Assembly: GCA_963815965.1 (NCBI GenBank)
Contig: CAWFIT010000012.1
Coordinates: 83,740 to 147,739 of the forward strand
Length of the DNA stretch: 64,000 bases
Reading direction: 5' to 3'
Source: an uncultured Actinomycetes bacterium
GTDB taxonomy: Bacteria; Actinomycetota; Thermoleophilia; Gaiellales; Gaiellaceae
The notes beneath the pieces were generated by a model. That model saw nothing but the letters and a program-made list of their open reading frames with translations, had not been told where the DNA came from and did no database searches. A program made the position numbers and the translations under genes. This document shows positions 57,359 through 64,000 of the stretch, piece by piece. Positions within the stretch are counted from its first letter, which is position 1. Each line of letters opens with the position of its first letter.

Positions 57359-58204
57359 TCAGGCGGCGGGCACGACTGGGGCGGGTGCCGTCTCGAGCAC
57401 CCAGATCGGCCCGTCGCCGCACTCGACGCGCGTACCACCCTCGGCCGCGTCGAGGCGCGTCCGCAGCACGTAGACGCGTTCGCCGCCGAGCTCGGCGAGC
57501 GGCCCGCGGACACCGTCACGTGACGCGGCCACCCACCACGCTTGCACCTGCCGACGCACCTCCTCCGCGGGACGCGTCCAGTCGACCTCGGCGTACTCCG
57601 GCTCGAAGAAGCCCGCGTAGCTCGCGTCCTCCTCGACCTGGGCGTCGCCGGGATCGCCGGCCTCGACGCGCTCGAGCGCGCGAGGCAGCAGCGACGTCGC
57701 GACCACGAACAGCGTCTCCAGGACGTCCTCTGCACGCTCGGCGTCGACGAGCGGCGCGGTGCCCTGCGCGAGCACGCGCCCGGTGTCGAAGTCGGCGTCC
57801 ATCCGGTGGAAGGTGAACCCGAGCTCGCTGTCGCCGTTGCGGAGCGCCCAGCCGATGGGGTTCGGCCCGCGGTAGCGCGGCAGCAGCGCTGGATGGCCGT
57901 TGACGATGCCGTGGCGCGGCACCGCAAGTGCGTCCTCGGGGATCCGCACCGGGAAGCCGCCGCTGATCGCCAGGTCAGGCTCGAGGGCCCCGAGCAGCTT
58001 CGCGAAGCGCTGCGGCCCGCTCGCGACGAGCACGTCGAGGTGCGCCGGCCGTACATCGATCAGCGCCGACAGCGGCTCGTCGCCGTAGCGCCCGCGCGGC
58101 CCTTCCGTCGTCACGACGCCGACACACTCGTGGCCGAGCTCGCGCAGCTGCGCATCCAACCACACGACCACGCCCGGGACGCGCGCGAAGAGTGCTATCC
58201 GCAT
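57359..58204 (-). CDS. formyltransferase-family protein (Fmt/PurN-like paralog)
   Basis: Intact 281 aa. GIVNGHPALLPRYRGPNPIGWAL (formyl-transferase HxSLLPxxRG motif), FHRMDADFDTG, C-terminal Fmt-like beta-barrel. Confidence 0.8.
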   Translation of the reverse strand: MRIALFARVPGVVVWLDAQLRELGHECVGVVTTEGPRGRYGDEPLSALIDVRPAHLDVLVASGPQRFAKLLGALEPDLAISGGFPVRIPEDALAVPRHGIVNGHPALLPRYRGPNPIGWALRNGDSELGFTFHRMDADFDTGRVLAQGTAPLVDAERAEDVLETLFVVATSLLPRALERVEAGDPGDAQVEEDASYAGFFEPEYAEVDWTRPAEEVRRQVQAWWVAASRDGVRGPLAELGGERVYVLRTRLDAAEGGTRVECGDGPIWVLETAPAPVVPAA

Positions 58205-58272
58205 CGCCGAGTTCTAGTCGATACAGCAGCTTCACGCTAGGGTCGCTGTTGACCCCAAGAGAGAGGATCGTC

Positions 58273-58548
58273 GTGAGCTTGCTCATCCGCTTTTCCCCTC
58301 CGTCGCTGACGGCAGCGCAGTACGACCACGTAGTGCGTCGACTGGACGAGGAGGGCGTCTCCCCCGCGGACGGACTCGACTACGAACTCTGCTTCGGCTC
58401 GGGCGACCAACACAAGGTCAGCCTGGTCTGGGACTCCAAAGAGCAACTCGATGCCTTCGGTGCTCGCCTGATGCCGATCCTTGCAGAACTCGGCATCGAC
58501 CCGGGCGAGCCCGAAGTGTTCGAAGTCCACAACATCATCAAGCGCTAG
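58273..58548 (+). CDS. small hypothetical protein (alpha+beta, ABM/Dabb-like guess)
   Basis: GTG 58273 after GAGAGAGGA. VSLLIRFSPPSLTAAQYDHVVRRLDEEGVSPADGLDYELCFGSGDQHKVSLVWDSKEQLDAFGARLMPIL. Confidence 0.5.
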   Translation: MSLLIRFSPPSLTAAQYDHVVRRLDEEGVSPADGLDYELCFGSGDQHKVSLVWDSKEQLDAFGARLMPILAELGIDPGEPEVFEVHNIIKR

Positions 58549-58646
58549 CGGCCTCGTACAGCCCGGCGCCAATCCTGATCCGCAAGGCTCACCGGCCGAG
58601 TCCCCCAAGGCTGGCCTCGCGCGGTGGTCGCCTAGACTCGGCGGCG

Positions 58647-59000
58647 GTGTCTGCCACGGATGTGGACGCATATCTGCGGGATGTCGAGGAGCCGAAACGC
58701 AGCACGCTGCACGCGCTGCGAAGGACGATTCTCGAGATCATCCCGGAAGCTGAAGAAGTGATCTCGTACCGTGTGCCTGCGTTTCGTGTGCAGGGCAAGA
58801 CGGTCGCCGGTTTCGCTGCCTTTAAGACGCATTTGAGCTACTTGCCGTTCAGCGGCTCGGTTCTTCCGCGGCTGGCAGACGATCTTCACGGCTACACGAT
58901 GACGAAGAGCGCGCTGCACTTTCCGGTCGACGAGCCGCTGCCAAAAGCGCTGGTACAGAAGCTGATCGCCGTGCGGCTCGACGAGGCGAGCCCGCGCTAG
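58647..59000 (+). CDS. DUF1801 (YdhG-like) domain protein
   Basis: Intact 117 aa. DVDAYLRDVEEPKRSTLHALRRTILEIIPEAEEVISYRVPAFRVQGKTVAGFAAFKTHLSYLPFSG. Confidence 0.7.
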   Translation: MSATDVDAYLRDVEEPKRSTLHALRRTILEIIPEAEEVISYRVPAFRVQGKTVAGFAAFKTHLSYLPFSGSVLPRLADDLHGYTMTKSALHFPVDEPLPKALVQKLIAVRLDEASPR

Positions 59001-59042
59001 CGTCGCACCGCACCATCGCCGCCTCGCTCACTACGGGTTGCC

Positions 59043-59780
59043 CTACGGCACCCACGTTTCTGCAAGTGGCGTGAGTTGGAGCTCATGGGTCGCGGCCCGG
59101 GTTCCTTGATTGGCGAGAAAGCGAACGGCGTCCGCGATCTCGCTGGGGTCGGCGAGGGCTTCCGGTGCGACGCCCGGGCGGGGTGCGCCGCTCACGGGTT
59201 GGATGCCGGCGTCGATGATCAGCAGCGCGACATGGATGCCGCGTGGGCGCAGCTCGAGCGCCGCGGCTTGTGTGATCGCGCGGACTCCGAATGCGCCCGC
59301 CGCCCAGAGTCCCCGGCCGGGCATCGCGCGCCGGGCTGAGCCGCCCGTCACCTGGATGATCGTTGCGAGGCTGCCCTGCGCGACGAGGAAGCTCCCTGCC
59401 CCGGAGAGGAATGCGAACGCGGACCGCGCCGGCGCGGCGGCCCACGAGTCGAACGCGTCTGCGCTCGCCTCCGCGATCGGCCCACCGCCAAACGGACCGG
59501 TGCGGGTCCCACCGTATGCGGCGGCGGCATTGACTACGAGGTCGATCCGGCTGTTAGCTTCCGCCGCCTTGCCCAACGCTCGGGTAACGCTCGCCTGATC
59601 GGTCACATCGGCCTCCAATGCGAGGGCTCCGGACTTGGCGATCTTCTCCAGGGTCGCTGTCGAGCGAGCGACCCCCGCCATCGCCCAGCCGTCGGCGATC
59701 AGCGTGTCGATAATCGCGCCGCCGAGGTTCCGCGCGCCGAACACGAGGCCGCTCTTGCGGCTCTGTTCCTGGTTGGACAT
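59043..59780 (-). CDS. SDR-family oxidoreductase (atypical glycine motif)
   Basis: SD AGAGGAGGA before ATG 59780. GLVFGARNLGGAIIDTL, VVNAAAAYGG, IIQVTGGSARRAMPGRGLWAAGAFGVRAITQAAALELRPRGIHVALLIID. Confidence 0.8.
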   Translation of the reverse strand: MSNQEQSRKSGLVFGARNLGGAIIDTLIADGWAMAGVARSTATLEKIAKSGALALEADVTDQASVTRALGKAAEANSRIDLVVNAAAAYGGTRTGPFGGGPIAEASADAFDSWAAAPARSAFAFLSGAGSFLVAQGSLATIIQVTGGSARRAMPGRGLWAAGAFGVRAITQAAALELRPRGIHVALLIIDAGIQPVSGAPRPGVAPEALADPSEIADAVRFLANQGTRAATHELQLTPLAETWVP

Positions 59781-59893
59781 TCGTCCTCCTCTGTTGATGG
59801 CAGGTGCGTTATGAGGACAGCGTGCGTTCTGGATCGACCCCAACCCGAACCGACTGCGCTCTCCGGGTTCGACCGCGAGGGCCGCCGTTCTGG

Positions 59894-60922
59894 TTACCCG
59901 ACGCGCTCCGATACGTTTTTCGAGCTCCAGCCGAGTGCGGGCGCGACGTCGCGTGCGATCGTCTCGAGCATCGCAGTGTTGTAGTCGACGCCGAGTTGGC
60001 TGGGCACGGTCAGGAGGATCGTGTCGGCCGCCTGAACCGCGGCGTCTTTGGAGAGTTCCTCGGCGATCCGGTCGGGCTCGCCGGTGTAGCTGCGGCCGAA
60101 GCGGCTGATCGAGCCGTCGAGCCAGCCGACCTGGTCCTCGTTCGCGTCGGCACCGAAGAGTCGCCGATCGAGGTCGGAGGTGATCGGGATGACGCTGCGG
60201 CTGACCGAGACGCGCGGCTCCCGGGTGTGGCCGGTTTTCGTCCACGACTCGCGGAACAGCTCGATCTGCTCGGCCTGGAGTTGGTCGAACGGCACCTGAG
60301 TGTCCTCGAGGAGGAGCGTGGAGCTCATGAGGTTCAGGCCTTGCTCGCCCGCCCAGACGGCGGTCTCTCTTGAGCCGGAGCCCCACCAGATCCGTTCGGC
60401 GAGGCCCGGCGACTGCGGCTGGACGGCGAGCATCGCGGTTCCCGGTCGGCCGCCGACGTCGGCAGCGACGACGCCGGCGCCGGCGGCCGCAGCGAGGAAG
60501 AGCGCCGTCTTCTCGCGTGTCTCGTTGGGATCGACCGAGTACCCGAACGCCTCGGCGCCGCGCCAGGCCGGCTCGGGCGAGCCGCGGCTGACGCCGAGCT
60601 GGAGCCGACCGCCTGCGAGCAGATCGGCCGCGGCGGCATCCTCGGCCATGTAGAGCGGGTTCTCATAGCGCATGTCGATCACGCCGGTGCCGATCTCGAT
60701 CCGGCTGGTCTTGACGCCGATCGCCGCGAGGAGTGGGAAGGGCGAGGAGAGCTGGCGCGCGAAGTGATGGACGCGGACAAACGCCCCGTCGATCCCGATC
60801 TCTTCGGCTGCAACCGCAAGCTCCACCGTCTGCCGCAGCGCGTCACCGCCGGTGCGCGTCAGTCCGCCGCCCGGATGCCAGGCGCCGAACGAGAGGAAGC
60901 CAATTTTCTTGCGCTCCATCAT
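59894..60922 (-). CDS. LLM-class (luciferase-like) flavin-dependent oxidoreductase
   Basis: Intact 342 aa. KIGFLSFGAW, EEIGIDGAFVRVHHF, GRLQLGVSRGSP, ILLTVPSQLGVDYN. Confidence 0.85.
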   Translation of the reverse strand: MMERKKIGFLSFGAWHPGGGLTRTGGDALRQTVELAVAAEEIGIDGAFVRVHHFARQLSSPFPLLAAIGVKTSRIEIGTGVIDMRYENPLYMAEDAAAADLLAGGRLQLGVSRGSPEPAWRGAEAFGYSVDPNETREKTALFLAAAAGAGVVAADVGGRPGTAMLAVQPQSPGLAERIWWGSGSRETAVWAGEQGLNLMSSTLLLEDTQVPFDQLQAEQIELFRESWTKTGHTREPRVSVSRSVIPITSDLDRRLFGADANEDQVGWLDGSISRFGRSYTGEPDRIAEELSKDAAVQAADTILLTVPSQLGVDYNTAMLETIARDVAPALGWSSKNVSERVG

Positions 60923-61008
60923 CTTCAGCGTTTGGAACGTTATTGATGGATCAAGAATTCGGCCGTCGGCAACGCGACAGCGGGTCCACCAGTGACTGCT
61001 CGCGCCCC

Positions 61009-61037
61009 TTGTTGAGGCGGCGGCGTTGTCTTACTGT
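61009..61037 (+). promoter_or_regulatory. candidate sigma-70-type promoter giving a leaderless mRNA for the cNMP-patatin gene
   Basis: TTGTTG (61009-61014), 17-nt spacer, TACTGT (61032-61037, fits TANNNT), then 6 nt to ATG 61044. No SD-like purine run precedes the ATG. Confidence 0.3.
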
Positions 61038-61043
61038 TGAACG

Positions 61044-62828
61044 ATGCGGATGCGGGCCACGCGCTCGTTCTTCGAGGAAGTCCCGTCCGACGCCGTCGAG
61101 GCCGCGCTTGCGACGCTCGAGCGGCGGCGTTTCCCGGCCGGGGCGGTGATCGTCGCCGAGGGTGAGTTCCGCGAAGAGATGTACGTCCTCTGCGAGGGAA
61201 CTGCGGACGTCATCCTCGTGGACCGCAGGGGCGTCGAGCATGTAGTGAGCGCCGTCCACCGCGGCGAGTCGATCGGCGAGATGTCGCTGCTGACGCAAAG
61301 CGCGGCGTCGGCGACCGTTCGCGCTGCCGAGGACGTCGAGCTCGCCGTCCTGCATGGACCCGAGCTGGAAGCGCTACTCGACGCACTGCCTCAGCTGCAG
61401 CGAAACCTACTGGCGACGCTCTCCGAGAGGCTTGCTCGGGTGACGCGACTGGCCGTGCACGAGCAGCCCGGCCGGCTGGTGATCCTCGAGGATGCCGGCG
61501 CGCCCGACGTGTTGGGTTTCGCGCTCGCGTGCAGCGTCGCGTGGCATACACGGAGCCCGACTCTGCACGTCGTCCTCGGGAATCCTTCGCTTGATCTCGA
61601 GAGCCTCGCGACCGTCGCACCCGAACCTCCGTTTGGCGGCAGGCGTGTGGCGGGCGCCGAACTCGTGGTGGCGGATCTCGACGGCCACTTCGCGTACGAC
61701 CGGATCGAGGCGACGCTCGAAGAGCTCGTGCGCATGTACGACCACGTCCTGCTGCAGGTCCCGTCGGAGTGGACGAACTTCGCGCTGGGCGACCGGCGCG
61801 TCCGCGCCGGCCCCGGCGGCTTCGAGCTCGAGGAGCGCGTTCTGTCGATACCTCCTTTGTCTGCGGACGACGAAGCGGCCCTGGAACAGGGGCTGCTGCC
61901 TGCGCGAGGCGCGGTCGGCACGGCGGTGGGAGCGCTCGCGCGCGATCTCGCAGGCCTCGAAGTGGGCGTCGCGCTCGGAGCGGGTAGCCTCCGCGGGTAC
62001 GCGCACGTCGGTGCCCTCCGCGCGTTCGAGCGGCACGGCATTCCGGTCGACTATCTCGCCGGGACGAGCATCGGGGCGATCGTCGCCGCCCTCTACGCAC
62101 GCTTCGGCGATCTCGACCGCGTCGCCGAGTTCCTCGACGGGCTCGGTGCGCGCATGTTCCGGCCGACGGTCTCCCGGAAGTCCCTTCTTTCGACGGGCGC
62201 GATGCGGCGCTTCGCCCGCAGGGAGTTCGGCGACCTACGGCTCGAAGACCTGCCGATCCCGATCGCCGTCGTGGCGACCGACGTCGACACGCAGGACGAG
62301 GTGGTTCTTCGACGAGGAAGCAGCGCGGCGGCGATCTTCGCGAGCGGCGCCGTGCCGGGCGTCTTTCCGGCGGTCCGGATCGGCAACCGCACGCTCGTGG
62401 ACGGGGGCATCGTCAACCCCGTCCCGGCGAGCGTGGCGGCAAGCATGGGAGCCGACGTTGTCATCGGCATCAGGCTCGTTCACGGCGGCGGAGTGCAGGC
62501 CGACGAGTTCTCCGAGGAGGGCGAGGGGCCGGTTCCGTCGGCGGTCGCGGCGATCATGCGCTCGATCGAGCTGGTGCAGACGCGCATCGTCACCTCCGGC
62601 GGCTCGATTCCGACGATTCTCGTCACGCCGGAGTTCGGGTCGATGCCCGCAGGCAAGTTGCGCCACTTCCGCGACGGTCGCCGCTTTGTCGCCGCCGGCG
62701 AGGCGGCCGTCGAGGCAGCCCTGCCGCGGCTCGGCGCAGCGCTTCCCTGGTTGCGCCCGTTCGACGCCGCCGCTCCTTTCCGGGGGCCCGCGGCTTCATA
62801 CGCCGGATCTGCTCCGGCGCGGCACTGA
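61044..62828 (+). CDS. cyclic-nucleotide-binding domain - unassigned middle region - patatin-like phospholipase (NTE-family architecture)
   Basis: Intact 594 aa. cNMP-binding: FPAGAVIVAEGEFREEMYVLCEGTADVI..GESIGEMSLL..ASATVRAAEDVELAVL. Patatin: VALGAGSLRGYAHVGALRAFE (GxGxxG), LAGTSIGAIVAAL (GxSxG), LVDGGIVNPVP (DGG). Confidence 0.85.
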   Translation: MRMRATRSFFEEVPSDAVEAALATLERRRFPAGAVIVAEGEFREEMYVLCEGTADVILVDRRGVEHVVSAVHRGESIGEMSLLTQSAASATVRAAEDVELAVLHGPELEALLDALPQLQRNLLATLSERLARVTRLAVHEQPGRLVILEDAGAPDVLGFALACSVAWHTRSPTLHVVLGNPSLDLESLATVAPEPPFGGRRVAGAELVVADLDGHFAYDRIEATLEELVRMYDHVLLQVPSEWTNFALGDRRVRAGPGGFELEERVLSIPPLSADDEAALEQGLLPARGAVGTAVGALARDLAGLEVGVALGAGSLRGYAHVGALRAFERHGIPVDYLAGTSIGAIVAALYARFGDLDRVAEFLDGLGARMFRPTVSRKSLLSTGAMRRFARREFGDLRLEDLPIPIAVVATDVDTQDEVVLRRGSSAAAIFASGAVPGVFPAVRIGNRTLVDGGIVNPVPASVAASMGADVVIGIRLVHGGGVQADEFSEEGEGPVPSAVAAIMRSIELVQTRIVTSGGSIPTILVTPEFGSMPAGKLRHFRDGRRFVAAGEAAVEAALPRLGAALPWLRPFDAAAPFRGPAASYAGSAPARH

Positions 62829-62842
62829 ACGGCAGCGATGAG

Positions 62843-64000
62843 ATGAGTGTTCGGCGGATCAGCCGCAACGGCGCGCTCATGGTCGCGTCCTTCGGCGCAT
62901 TTCTCGCGTTTCTCGACGCGACGATCGTGAACGTCGCGTTTCCCAGCATCCGCTCGTCGTTCCCGGGAAGCTCGATCGACTCGCTGTCGTGGGTGCTCAA
63001 CGCCTACAACATCGTCTTCGCCGCGTTCCTCGTCGCGGCTGGGCGGTTCGGCGACCTGTTCGGCAGACGCCGCATGTTCACGACGGGAGTCGTTCTCTTC
63101 ACGGTCGCGTCGGTGCTGTGCGCGGTCGCGCCGTCGCTGGCGTTCCTGATCGCGGCCCGCGCCGTCCAGGCCGCCGGCGCTGCGTTGCTCGTGCCCGCGT
63201 CGCTCGCCCTCGTGGTCGAGGCGTTCCCGGCGGAGCGCCGCTCTCATGCGGTCGGGCTGTGGGGCGCCGCGGCCGCTGCGGCGGCCGGGCTCGGTCCTCC
63301 GCTCGGCGGTGCGCTTGTCGACGCCTACAACTGGCGGCTCGTCTTCCTGATCAACCTCCCGCTCGGCATCTGCGCGGTCGCGCTTGGAGGGCGCTTCCTC
63401 GTCGAGAGCCGTGCGCCGGGGAGACGAACGCTGCCCGATCTGCGCGGCGCGCTGCTGCTGGCGATCGCCGTGGCGTTGCTCACGCTCGGGATCGTCCAGG
63501 GCGGCACGTGGGGATGGGCGAGCGCCGGCGTCATCGCGGCGTTTGCGGGCGCGCTGATCGCAGCAGTCCTGTTCGTCGAGAGCTCGCGGCGGCACCCGGT
63601 TCCGGTTCTCGATCCGAAGCTGTTGCGGATTCGCTCCTTCGCGGTCGCGAACGCGGCGACGTTCGCCGCCGGCGTGGGGTTCTACGCGTACCTGCTGAAC
63701 AACATTCTCTGGCTGTACTACGTGTGGGGCTGGTCGCTGCTGCTCGCGGGCCTCGCCGTGGCTCCCGGCGCGGTCGTCGCCGCGGCGGTCGCGGGCCGTC
63801 TCGGCCGAATGGCCGACGTGCACGGCTACCGCGTGATCGCTGTTCCCGGCGCGCTGATCTGGGCGGGCGCCTACGTCTGGTACGCGACGCAGGTGGGAAC
63901 CACTCCCGCGTTCTGGAGCGAATGGTTGCCGGGACAGGTGCTCTCGGGCATCGGCGTCGGCGCGACGCTGCCGATCCTCGGGAGTGCGGCGCTCGCGGCG
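62843..64000 (+). CDS. MFS transporter, DHA2/EmrB-like (14-TM type), 3' end beyond the window
   Basis: Not in the ORF track because no stop is reached. My translation from ATG 62843: MSVRRISRNGALMVASFGAFLAFLDATIVNVAFPSIRSSF..LSWVLNAYNIVFAAFLVAAGRFGDLFGRRRMF..LINLPLG. Typical DHA2 motifs; open to position 64000. Confidence 0.8.
   Translation, partial: MSVRRISRNGALMVASFGAFLAFLDATIVNVAFPSIRSSFPGSSIDSLSWVLNAYNIVFAAFLVAAGRFGDLFGRRRMFTTGVVLFTVASVLCAVAPSLAFLIAARAVQAAGAALLVPASLALVVEAFPAERRSHAVGLWGAAAAAAAGLGPPLGGALVDAYNWRLVFLINLPLGICAVALGGRFLVESRAPGRRTLPDLRGALLLAIAVALLTLGIVQGGTWGWASAGVIAAFAGALIAAVLFVESSRRHPVPVLDPKLLRIRSFAVANAATFAAGVGFYAYLLNNILWLYYVWGWSLLLAGLAVAPGAVVAAAVAGRLGRMADVHGYRVIAVPGALIWAGAYVWYATQVGTTPAFWSEWLPGQVLSGIGVGATLPILGSAALAA

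Noticed and set aside
57288-57375. A complete tRNA gene on the minus strand
   Set aside because: Only the T-arm and the 3' acceptor-like strand are present. I could not fold a D-arm or anticodon arm, or find the complementary GCCCTCT 5' strand. The required 5' region overlaps the formyltransferase stop. Reported as a fragment only.
49423-62828. Declaring a CBASS/Pycsar-type anti-phage operon (cyclase + cNMP-gated phospholipase)
   Set aside because: The cyclases and the cNMP-patatin gene are 9-30 kb apart, on independent transcription units and separated by ordinary metabolic genes. The cNMP-patatin architecture also exists as a housekeeping NTE-family protein. Only the functional-link hypothesis is kept, not a defence-system call.
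1-64000. CRISPR arrays, rRNA genes, IS elements, integrases, prophage genes
   Set aside because: I found no regularly spaced direct repeats, no rRNA-like conserved stretches, and no ORF with transposase (DDE), integrase (R..HxxR..Y), terminase or capsid signatures in any frame.

Overview
High-GC (~69-70% by eye) bacterial chromosomal segment. It looks most like a soil Actinomycetota-type genome: GGAGG ribosome-binding sites, frequent GTG/TTG starts, 4-nt ATGA/GTGA stop-start overlaps, and many SARP/LuxR/ArsR/MarR regulators. That taxonomic call is inference only. I can support about 60 protein-coding genes. I see no rRNA, no complete tRNA, no CRISPR array and no integrase or transposase. Most of the long Arg/Pro/Ala-rich ORFs in the six-frame track are shadow frames of real genes. 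Gene content is accessory metabolism and signalling: a GH3 beta-glucosidase, a BNR-repeat protein, an acid phosphatase, two FAD/BBE oxidoreductases, glnS, prpE, a thiol-redox cluster, DUF899/DUF2182 genes, and many one-component regulators. Three things stand out. (1) The first ~7.5 kb holds six or seven consecutive genes shredded by more than 30 frame changes, while the remaining 56 kb has only about six isolated ones. (2) Cyclic-nucleotide signalling is unusually dense. Three class III cyclase domains with the same non-canonical catalytic substitutions are fused to three different chassis (REC-LuxR, SARP + alpha/beta-hydrolase, STAND ATPase-TPR), and there is also a cNMP-binding patatin phospholipase. 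(3) There are small genome scars: a tRNA 3'-half-like fragment with its own terminator, back-to-back gene remnants, and a TOBE remnant. I do not see a compact, self-evident new defence or secretion operon. The most system-like candidates are listed as hypotheses with explicit refutation criteria. All domain and family names come from reading the translated sequences against remembered family motifs; no database search was run.
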